64,000 bases of DNA. It comes from a virus. A program made the translations under genes and the position numbers. Where the stretch lies: the IMG/VR virus record IMGVR_UViG_3300032282_004772. One strand, given 5' to 3'. The notes beneath the pieces were generated by a model. That model saw only the letters and a list, made by a program, of their open reading frames with translations. It did no database searches and was not told where the DNA came from. The first letter of the stretch is position 1; the number at the start of each line of letters is the position of its first letter. Shown one piece after another: positions 1 to 9,500 of this stretch.

Positions 1-1840
1 ATCTTTCAAGATATTTTTGGCCATATGTAAATGGTTCAAAGTATGTTTGAATATTGAAATTTTGTCCTGTAAATGTACTTGCTGCTTTATTAACTAGTTG
101 TGGACTTTGGTGGTCTCTTACTAATTCAAACCATCCCGCCCCTTTTTGGAAGAATTCTCCGTTAACATTTTTAAGAGGTTTAGGATATCCATCAGAATCT
201 ACGGGATAATCAACTAATGTCGCATCGGCATCTGTTGAAACTCTTAATGTAGTAAATCCTGTATAGTGAACACCCATTATAGAGAACGTAGTTCCGCTAT
301 CATAAACAGGTAGTATTTGTATTCTAGTTCCTCCCGATATACTTGCGTACTGACTTTCAAAATCACCCATGGTAATTTTTTGTCCAGCAACATAAATGTT
401 CTCATTAAATTCAACTAACGCTTCAGGAGCTCCGACTAATCTCAATAAAAATTCAATAGATTTTCTAGTTCCTTTAGATTTAAAAAGATACGCCGCATTT
501 AAAATTAAATTTCTGTAATACTGATAATTCATTTCAGTTGGCGTATTTGCTCGAGAATATCCCGGATATTGGACTTGATTTGTGTTACCAAACACCGATT
601 CCAAGAAATTATCATTTGTTATTGGAGATACATTTATCTTCCAACCAACTGTTTCAGCAAGATTCTTTAATAATTGCGATGGGATATCATCCTTAACTGT
701 ATAATTTACTGAATTCATAAACGCCAATGTGTCTATGAATTTTTTAACTTCATCAAAACTTCTACCATAGATTGATAATACTTTTTGAACCCTTTGGTCT
801 GAAGTGTCAAAATCTTTAAATGATTGTGTCGTTAAAAATCTAACAACTAAATCAGTTCTAAACGCGTCAAAATATTCTGCAATATCATTTAAAGATGTTA
901 AATAATAATTAAATGCATCTGTAATTATATCTAAATTCCATACACCATTTAACGGCCAAGTTACAGTCGCATTATCAACATATAATAATCCGTCTTCAGT
1001 TTGTTTTGGTACTTGGAATGTTGCGGTGTATGCCGGAGAAATTAATCTGTTCAATAGAAATTTTTCAACTTCATCAAAAGGTTCTAAAAGAGCCTTATCT
1101 GAATAAAAACTACTAGGTCTTACCACCAAGTAACTTGTTGATGCGGATAATCCTGAAAAAGGATTTCCATCTACAGAGATTGTTAATAACCCCGAATAAA
1201 GGCTTTGTGTTGGCACTAAAAAAACTAAAGGATATTCATCAGAACCAATGAACAATGAATATTTTAAGTATTCTTTTGTTAGGTTTCTTAATGGAGAAAC
1301 TTCATACTCTAATAAAGATATATTTCTTGTTGAGTTTACACTGAAATCAATATTAAAAGGATTTCTGATTGTTTGTATGTCAATGTCGAAAGTTGTTATA
1401 TTTTCTAAAGAATCATAAACCGCATTTATTGCTGTAGTTCCTGTTGACGCATTTGGTCTTATTTGTGATACCTCAATCGCAGCAGGAAAGAAATTTATAA
1501 TTTTTTGTATTGATGTTGAAATTCTTTTAGATAATGACCCATATAAAGAAAATCGAGATATTTCTGATAAGTCGAAATTTGGATAAACTCTGAAATCTTT
1601 CGCAATAATTGCACGACTTTCTAAAACACTATCGATATTCAAAGTGTCTAATGATATTGGGTCTGAAAACGCCCCAATATTAAACTCTCTGTTTACCTTT
1701 TCAACTATTGATGTTGTAAACTCAAAATTTGCTTGCGTGAGCCCTCCTCCATCAACTAATTGAATACCAACTAAATTGTCAGAAAATGTTCCATCTCCTG
1801 CCGATGGTCTTGGGGGATATCTATAAAATTTTCTAGCCAT
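1..1840 (-). CDS. Baseplate wedge protein (T4 gp7 / P2 gpI-like), partial, runs off the left edge
   Basis: Not in the ORF track. ATG at 1840 overlaps the upstream stop (TAATG). Reads MARKFYRYPPRPSAGDGTFSDNLVG... and is in frame at ~420-500 and at base 1. Contains YLFKSKGTRKSIEFLLRLVG, typical of the gpI/gp7 wedge 'KGT..SI' motif. Confidence 0.7.
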   Translation of the reverse strand, partial: MARKFYRYPPRPSAGDGTFSDNLVGIQLVDGGGLTQANFEFTTSIVEKVNREFNIGAFSDPISLDTLNIDSVLESRAIIAKDFRVYPNFDLSEISRFSLYGSLSKRISTSIQKIINFFPAAIEVSQIRPNASTGTTAINAVYDSLENITTFDIDIQTIRNPFNIDFSVNSTRNISLLEYEVSPLRNLTKEYLKYSLFIGSDEYPLVFLVPTQSLYSGLLTISVDGNPFSGLSASTSYLVVRPSSFYSDKALLEPFDEVEKFLLNRLISPAYTATFQVPKQTEDGLLYVDNATVTWPLNGVWNLDIITDAFNYYLTSLNDIAEYFDAFRTDLVVRFLTTQSFKDFDTSDQRVQKVLSIYGRSFDEVKKFIDTLAFMNSVNYTVKDDIPSQLLKNLAETVGWKINVSPITNDNFLESVFGNTNQVQYPGYSRANTPTEMNYQYYRNLILNAAYLFKSKGTRKSIEFLLRLVGAPEALVEFNENIYVAGQKITMGDFESQYASISGGTRIQILPVYDSGTTFSIMGVHYTGFTTLRVSTDADATLVDYPVDSDGYPKPLKNVNGEFFQKGAGWFELVRDHQSPQLVNKAASTFTGQNFNIQTYFEPFTYGQKYLER

Positions 1841-2748
1841 TATGCAGTAATAGTGGTGAAGTTTTTACTAAAATCAATATTATTTCCTCTATCTTCTCTA
1901 ACCTCATAAAGAAGTTTGTTATACTCATCTCTAATTTCATAAAGATTGTATTGTTTATATATATTGTTTGCAGAATCGTAGATGGTGTAAATTCCATCAT
2001 CGATAGATTTAGTTTGATTTCCATAAAGAGCAATTGCCAATGTCGCAACATCGTATTCAACTATTTCAATATCCATGGTAATAGGATTAAAGAAAGTATT
2101 TGAAATTATTATACTTTGAGCGGGTTGTCCTATGAATGGAGTCGCATTGGGTTTATTTGTTGGGGCAGAAGAAGGAGTTAATGTGCAAAACATTAAATTT
2201 GTAATCCCATCAACATATCTATATCGTATTGCTTTTTGGGATGTGTTAGTTAAGTTTTGAGTTACAGGTTCACAAAAAAAGTTAGATGTTATTACTCTAA
2301 AAAAGTTAGGTATCTTAGTTCCATCGTCATTCAAATACTCAACTCTGAACCCAACTAATCCTTGGGCAATAAATTTATTTTTAAAATTATTCGGAACGTT
2401 ATCTAAATTTATGACAATACCTTTAACATTTGGTAATGCGGATAATACACCGCAATCATTTATAACTGTTCTTATTTGTGCGGGTCTAATATATAAAGTA
2501 TAAATTCCCAATTTATTAAATTCACCTGCGGGTAATTTTAAATTATATAATCCACCAAGTATTTCCACACCATCATTACCACCTGTATTCGCATTATTGA
2601 AGTATGGTCTTAAAAGTGTTTTTGAATCCAAAGTTTTAAGAACAAAATTATCCGTAACATCTCTAGATGGTGTATAATTTAATATTATTTCAACATCTTC
2701 GGGTGAAACGTCCGCTGGTCTTATTGTTCCGTATGTTCCTGTTGCCAT
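1840..2748 (-). CDS. Phage virion/baseplate-region protein of unknown function
   Basis: 302-aa ORF, beta-rich, preceded by a TATTTAT motif, translationally coupled to the downstream wedge gene. Confidence 0.55.
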   Translation of the reverse strand: MATGTYGTIRPADVSPEDVEIILNYTPSRDVTDNFVLKTLDSKTLLRPYFNNANTGGNDGVEILGGLYNLKLPAGEFNKLGIYTLYIRPAQIRTVINDCGVLSALPNVKGIVINLDNVPNNFKNKFIAQGLVGFRVEYLNDDGTKIPNFFRVITSNFFCEPVTQNLTNTSQKAIRYRYVDGITNLMFCTLTPSSAPTNKPNATPFIGQPAQSIIISNTFFNPITMDIEIVEYDVATLAIALYGNQTKSIDDGIYTIYDSANNIYKQYNLYEIRDEYNKLLYEVREDRGNNIDFSKNFTTITA

Positions 2749-2795
2749 TTTTTATTTGTTAGTTACTTATAAATATTTTATTAACGTTTTTTGAG

Positions 2796-3908
2796 TTATA
2801 GTTCTTCACCTTTCTTGAAATTAAAAAATCCATATCCATATAATTCTAAATCTCCAATATTATTTACCTCAGATAATCTCTGAACTCTTTCCAATGCACT
2901 GTTCTTACCTCTTTCAATATATACATCAGATTGTACTTCTGACTGAAATATTATGTTTAATAATGACTCGTCTTTTACTATCGGTTCTTGTAATAACCAA
3001 TCTGCAGTAAGTCCTGATGAACCTAAAGCGTATATTGTTGTTCCGCCTGAAAAATCAAAATAATCAACATCTTGTATTGTATAAGCAGTGAAAGATGGAT
3101 TTATTGATGTTATCACACCAAAAAATTGATTGTTTTTATCAAAAATTGGTTGGTTTACTTGGTACTTAACTGTACCATATCTTCTTAATTCGGTAATTCG
3201 AGAATTTGTGTTACCTGTTATAGGAAATGGAACACTTACAAAATTACTCGAAACTTGTGCTGATATTTGATTTATTGCGTCTCCATCAAAAATATAGTCA
3301 TATGAAATTAAAGTTCCTGACCAAGAACCAGTGTTTGGTGAAAAATATGCAGTACCATTTGGATTTGGTATTGTTAGTCCGGTAAATGGAACTTCAACAA
3401 TTTTTTTAACAATATTAACTCCCCATGGATTTGTTTGACTTAGGGTTATTGTATATTCACCATCATTGATATAATCATGTGTTATATAATTTGGTGAAAA
3501 TGTAGTTATAGTTTGTATTGGCGAATTGTCTCCCCAGTCAACAGTATATGATGATAATTCTAAATAATTTTTATACTCATGGTCAGATGTGTTATAGAAA
3601 AAATATCTTTTTGGGGTTGAAGTTGTTGCCGAAAATATAAAATTTTTAACCGTATCCGCTTGTAATAACGCTCCGTCAAATACAGAATAATATCCAACAT
3701 CAACCGCCGATTCTGTCAATAAAATTGGTATTGTCAACCCGGTTAACAAAGAGTCACCATTTGTACCTCCTGATAAGATACTTGTCATGGCCGAATAAAC
3801 AAATGTGCATCCACTTGAGTACGTAGCACCACTAGGATAACAAACTTTAAAAATGTCTCCGTCTAAAACCTCTGGCGATATTTTTATATAATATTTATCT
3901 TCGTACAT
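2796..3908 (-). CDS. PKD/Ig-like domain virion protein
   Basis: YTVDWGDNS...HDYINDGEYTITLSQTNPWG matches the PKD consensus (W.wGDG...H.Y...G.Y.v.L). Confidence 0.6.
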   Translation of the reverse strand: MYEDKYYIKISPEVLDGDIFKVCYPSGATYSSGCTFVYSAMTSILSGGTNGDSLLTGLTIPILLTESAVDVGYYSVFDGALLQADTVKNFIFSATTSTPKRYFFYNTSDHEYKNYLELSSYTVDWGDNSPIQTITTFSPNYITHDYINDGEYTITLSQTNPWGVNIVKKIVEVPFTGLTIPNPNGTAYFSPNTGSWSGTLISYDYIFDGDAINQISAQVSSNFVSVPFPITGNTNSRITELRRYGTVKYQVNQPIFDKNNQFFGVITSINPSFTAYTIQDVDYFDFSGGTTIYALGSSGLTADWLLQEPIVKDESLLNIIFQSEVQSDVYIERGKNSALERVQRLSEVNNIGDLELYGYGFFNFKKGEEL

Positions 3909-3909
3909 A

Positions 3910-4722
3910 TTATGGATTTATATATTCATACCATTTTATGGGTTTAGTTTCATCACCGACTAAAATTGAACCTCCTCCTGATATATCATATATTTTATAG
4001 GTATAATCATTATAGTTTAAAACCACTTTATAATAAAAGTATTTAGATTGCGGAAATGAAAATTTATCACCGAGAATTGCTGATTGTGGTGTATTCATCA
4101 TTTTAACAAAGTATCCATTTTTAGCGTCAAAAAATTTAGCAGTCATATAGAAAGTATTAATATTTAAAAACTTTCTATTTTTTAACCAATAAATAAAATA
4201 TCCTTCTAAATCCCCTAAATAATCTAATTTAAATGTTGGTATCTTTATATTTTTAACTTGGAAATCTACAGTTGAAGCGGTAGTTTGTCCTTGTTGTGTT
4301 GGTAAAATTAGTGTAACATAATTTTTTTGGGTCTTTAAATTAGTACTATCATATAAGTCTAACTTAAAAAAAGATTTTTTAAATGAATTCGCAAACAAAT
4401 AAACTTCTTTTGTTGTAAACCCTTGTGTTACATATGAGTTATCCCAAACTGCAGTATTAATTGTCGCCCCATCAGGTAAAAAATAAAACTCATAATTTAA
4501 ATCAGTTTTTACTATATTTTTTTTAGTGTCTAAAATACCTGAATATTTAAATCTTGCCGTCTCAAAATCTTTTTCCTCATTAAGTATTTTTTTAACCGCG
4601 TCCTTTTCATAGTAGGCCAAAGAATCTTCTCTACCATCAAAGTCCCATGTCATTTGTATTGGTATTACAATTTCTTTGTCAGTATTAGTAGGTCTGACTA
4701 ATGTTATCTTATTCACATCCAT
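3910..4722 (-). CDS. Hypothetical structural protein (baseplate/tail region)
   Basis: The track ORF 3910..4818 overlaps the upstream gene by 110 nt. The likelier start is ATG 4722 (MDVNKITLV, 270 aa), which overlaps the upstream 3' end by only 14 nt. Confidence 0.55.
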   Translation of the reverse strand: MDVNKITLVRPTNTDKEIVIPIQMTWDFDGREDSLAYYEKDAVKKILNEEKDFETARFKYSGILDTKKNIVKTDLNYEFYFLPDGATINTAVWDNSYVTQGFTTKEVYLFANSFKKSFFKLDLYDSTNLKTQKNYVTLILPTQQGQTTASTVDFQVKNIKIPTFKLDYLGDLEGYFIYWLKNRKFLNINTFYMTAKFFDAKNGYFVKMMNTPQSAILGDKFSFPQSKYFYYKVVLNYNDYTYKIYDISGGGSILVGDETKPIKWYEYINP

Positions 4723-6505
4723 CGATAATTGGGTCTGATATACTATATATATTTTGAGGCACGTTTCCTTCAGGAAATACTCTAAATATAATTTTGGTTG
4801 ATGGATAATGACATCCATTTAAGAATGGATAATCAACACCTAATCCATTAGATTCGACAAAACCGTAAGTGTATAGGTCTCTCCATCTTAATGTTCTATA
4901 ATATTTTGAATAGAAAGCGTAATCCGGAACTTGGTCTGCGTATTTTATATCCGCTTCCTCAATGTAATCAGAATAAACTTTTAATGTTATTGGGTGATGT
5001 ACTTTATAATAGTACCCATCCTGATTTAATAATTTTGAAGGACCTTGTTCGGCAATTGCTGATTCAACAAATAATTTGTCGTTAAAAACAAATTTATGGT
5101 ATATATCAGAAATAACTCTTTCTTTTTGTTGGAATTGATTGAACTCACAAAAAGGTCCGTTTATCGTATCACCACTTTTTAAATCTTTATTATAATAAAA
5201 CGTATAATTATTACCACCTAAAAGTTTTACGTATTTTCTAGTTTCTATTTTTGTTCTATTATCGGCATTTAGATTTGACCAATAAGGTGATACTGTTGTT
5301 GATATATTAAATCCAAACCCTTCTTTCAATGCAGGAGTATTAATTATTGTTCCGTCTATTGGTTTATTAAACCACCCAAAATATCCTTTATTAACAAAAG
5401 TAAAATAAATTTCAGTTATAGGTCTTTTTAAATTATCTCTAAATCTTTTAAGGTCTATATCCTTTGAAAAACTAAGAAGATATGATTGATTTCCTTCTCT
5501 TTGGGTTATTCTTGCTTGTTTGTCAGGTGTTAATGAACTAAACTCATATTGTCTTTCAGCGTCAAATGGATTTAACTCAAATGCCGCATTTGTTAGTATT
5601 GCCTCATCCACATTTGTTAATATTCTATGTCTTCTAACATAATATATTGACTTGGTTTCCGCAGAATTTGTAATATCAACAATTCTTTTAAACGTACCTT
5701 TAGATGAATTATTAAAATTACCATAGTAAAAACCATAATTGAATATATTAAAAATATATTTATCTGAATTAAAACCTGATTGTCCTAAAGAATATACTTG
5801 AAATACTTTTTGTCCATTATACCCATTCCAACCCGGAATGTTTAGCTCCACATACTCACCAACAGATAATCCATGTTCAACAGGACAAACAAACGAAATT
5901 AAATCTTGCCCATTTTCAACATAAGGATTCTGAATATAAAAAGGTATTCCGTCACCCGATTTCCAATTAACAATTGAACCATCGGGATAATAATATTTTA
6001 ATTTTTTTAGAGTATCATTTCTATACGCATAAGAAAGGTATTGTGTCCAATTATATGTTGACGCACTTTTGTTAACAAACCATATATGTGGGTCTGTCGT
6101 CCCTGAATTAGTTGTATATCCTGATATATTATTATCTGTACGTATTAAGTCAAACTCATTGTATTGTGGAAATCCAGAATAACTAGTATTACCAAATGAA
6201 CTTAATAGATTAACATAATATAAATTATTAGTAAAAGGTTTATATTCATTTGTTACCCCCAAAAAAGTTGTTCCGCTATAGACATTATAAAAAATAAAAT
6301 CTATTTCAGCGGTTGGTCTGAATGTTGTTGATTCTTGTCTTTCATCATCAAATACTTGAGATAAACTCAAGACACTACTCCTGTCAAACTCATCTAGTTC
6401 TTTTTGAGTATTATCTAAAGGGACAACTAAAGATAAATCGGTATTAATTGCCGTCTTATATCTTTTAGAACCTAAAACTATAGTTGTATCTTTTCTATTG
6501 GTCAT
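4709..6505 (-). CDS. Hypothetical structural protein (baseplate/tail region)
   Basis: 598-aa Tyr/Phe/Asn-rich ORF, coupled to its neighbours within the tail operon. Confidence 0.55.
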   Translation of the reverse strand: MTNRKDTTIVLGSKRYKTAINTDLSLVVPLDNTQKELDEFDRSSVLSLSQVFDDERQESTTFRPTAEIDFIFYNVYSGTTFLGVTNEYKPFTNNLYYVNLLSSFGNTSYSGFPQYNEFDLIRTDNNISGYTTNSGTTDPHIWFVNKSASTYNWTQYLSYAYRNDTLKKLKYYYPDGSIVNWKSGDGIPFYIQNPYVENGQDLISFVCPVEHGLSVGEYVELNIPGWNGYNGQKVFQVYSLGQSGFNSDKYIFNIFNYGFYYGNFNNSSKGTFKRIVDITNSAETKSIYYVRRHRILTNVDEAILTNAAFELNPFDAERQYEFSSLTPDKQARITQREGNQSYLLSFSKDIDLKRFRDNLKRPITEIYFTFVNKGYFGWFNKPIDGTIINTPALKEGFGFNISTTVSPYWSNLNADNRTKIETRKYVKLLGGNNYTFYYNKDLKSGDTINGPFCEFNQFQQKERVISDIYHKFVFNDKLFVESAIAEQGPSKLLNQDGYYYKVHHPITLKVYSDYIEEADIKYADQVPDYAFYSKYYRTLRWRDLYTYGFVESNGLGVDYPFLNGCHYPSTKIIFRVFPEGNVPQNIYSISDPIIDGCE

Positions 6506-9500
6506 TATAATTAATTTCTCCTAAGAATTCATTTCTAAATTTATTTAATGATGTAACACCTTTTTTAAGTCCAAAATAAAAATAAAACGGAGCTCCACCG
6601 AGTGTTTGTGGAGGATTAAATGTTATTCCCGAATCTTGGAAAAGAGATGTTGTTGGGTTGTTACTATTATCTGCATATATATAACCTTTTGCATTATATT
6701 GGTTAACACCTATATTATATTTTGGATATGGGTCAGAAAGTCTGTCCATCGCCTGATATTTAAATTGTCTTATTTCAGTTCCAACGGTATTTGTTCCCCA
6801 TTCATTAAGTTGACTACCAAATACAGTTGTTGATGATTGTAAATTCCAACTATAGTGTGGAGTTAATTGAGTGTGAATAGGTACGTAATCGTAAGCGTAA
6901 ACTGTTGGAAATAATACATTCCATCTAATTGTTCTAACAGGAGATAGATAGTCTCTTATTTGCATTCCTTCGGTTGTTGCTGAAAAGAATACACCCATCA
7001 TAATACTATTAGTCGCGGTAACGTTTGCTGCTAAAACCGAATTTGCCGGAGGAGTAGTACTATAAGCTCCAGCACTTGTATCAAATGGTACTATACCTAA
7101 TTGTGTATTTACTGCTGCCGTTTGAGCAAAATCTGCATCTACCTTTAACCCATTTCTTGAAAATAATTTTCTTATTTGGTTTCCAACAAATGAGTTTAAA
7201 AAGCTTGAGTCTATAATTCTTAAAATACCAAATAAATTAACAATATCTGAATTGTCATGGTGGGTTGTCTCCGTAAAGTTTTTCATATTATATCCTTCGT
7301 AATTACCATTAAGTGTGATATATTTTAAAAACTCATCTCTAGGACCCATATTAAATACCGTTGTGGGATATTTTAAATTTTTACTATTTGACCCCTTATC
7401 TGTTCTTCCTGGACTATTCGCGCCAATAAAAGATGTTCCATCCCAAGGAGAACTTCTATAGTAAAAATTGTTAGTTGTTGGGTGTAATACAATCACATAT
7501 GGACAATATTTACGCTGGCTAACTTGATTTAGACTATTATAATATGTGTTTATCTTAAACGGAAACGCAAATAAAGTACCGTTTACCCAATTATTATTGA
7601 ATACCTCACTTAAAACTCCTTGACATAGCCCGTAGAAAAATTTAAATCTGACAAACCATCTAGGGTATGATGCGATATCTTTTGCAATGTCTTCCGTAAG
7701 TATTTTAAACGGATTACTATTGTCACAATTTTTACAAAAAACATAGCATCCGGAACTATCTATAATATCATCATCTTTACATGATTGGTCTACAGTTAAA
7801 CCTAATCCTGAATTTCTATAACAATTTAAATCGACTAATGCCGAACAATCATTAAATGTTGCCAAAGCGCTGTCTTCAAAAGAGGTTGCCCCACTTTCAG
7901 AAGACCCATCTTGATTTGACCCACCTGTACTTACTCCCGGTAATACCTGTACCGCACCTGTATTTGAGTATGGATAAATGACTATCGATTGATTTTGTTG
8001 TAGTAAATATGTGTTATTATTTTGACTTGATGATGCGGGGTATGTGTCAGAAGACGGTAATCTATCACTTCTCATTACATTTAATAACCCATTTGACATT
8101 ATCATTGGAGGAGTTGTGTAATATGTGTATATCGGACTATAATATACCACTGGCACACCAGAAGTACTTTTAAACATATAAGATGCACCAACAATTGATT
8201 CATTACTATCATATTTTTGAGGGACATTAAATGTAGAACTCCAATAGTGGTTACCGTTAGGTGACCCATCTTGACTGACAATGTCTTTATATGGTACCGC
8301 AACTGAATGACATGCATTTATTACTGAAACATTATTACACCTAGCGTTAACTTGTGTATAATTCAACAAATACGTTGGATTTGGAGGAGAAACATTATAA
8401 CCTGCAGGAGGAAATGGTGAGGGTGCCGCAGGAGGATAAACCCCATATGTATTTCTATAACAAATACTTGAATAATATTTATGATTATTTGTTGGGTATT
8501 GACTATACGATGGTGATGGTTGAAAAAAAACTGATGGGAAAAATAAATTGAATCCATTATTTGCCGTACCATTATTAATTTGAGTAGGTGACGGTTGGTG
8601 GTCATACATTATTTCAACTTGGTCGTATATTTCCCCAGATTGTAAAAGAGTTTGGTCTGAGTTTTTAATTGGTACGTTTAATCTATATTGACCTGTGACT
8701 TTGTGTTGTGCCGAACCAAAAGAAGTTAATCCAAAAATTTTACTTAAATCAAACTCAATTGCCGTCTTTGGTGAATATGGGTCAACCCCTCTTTGGACTA
8801 TAACTACTACTTGTTCATTATCCACATAATCAATAGGTGTTATTGATTTAGATGAACATGGAATCCATTGGAGGTTTAATGAATCCCAATCATAAGAATA
8901 TATCGTTGTATTACTTTCTAATATGTCTGAAAAACTATTATTTAATGCCGTTGAGTTAATAGCCCTGAATTGGGTAATTGTCATAGCGGTTATAACTTGG
9001 AAATATTCAATATCTGACGGATAAGAATATACGATAGTACTGCCCGCATTTGACGCAATTTGAGGTGTGTTGTAAGTTACCGGTATATTAGAATTTATGC
9101 CCGCTCTTTGTGTTAAACTTGCATAAGTAATTTGTACTGAACTTGGGTAATTAGTTGTTCCTGTTAAAGAATTAGTACCAAAACTGTTTGTAGTCGCCCC
9201 AGTAACATTAGGGTCTAAAGAACTTCCTGGCCTAACAAAACTAAAAAGTGTTCCTGCCGTCCAAACCGCAGGTCCGTTTTCATTTGCTAAAAACGTCAAG
9301 GTGTTGTCAAGGTGAAATAAATTAGGATTAGAATTATTTACCGCGGGCTCGACTACAACTCTAACTTGATTTCTACCTGTAAAATACGAGCCTTTAGCAT
9401 TAAATAAGTTTATTCTCTCACCAAGTGGTAAATCATTACAAACATATTTTTTTGATAATGGATATACAACATCAGGTGTGGTATATGTTGTCGCGTCAGT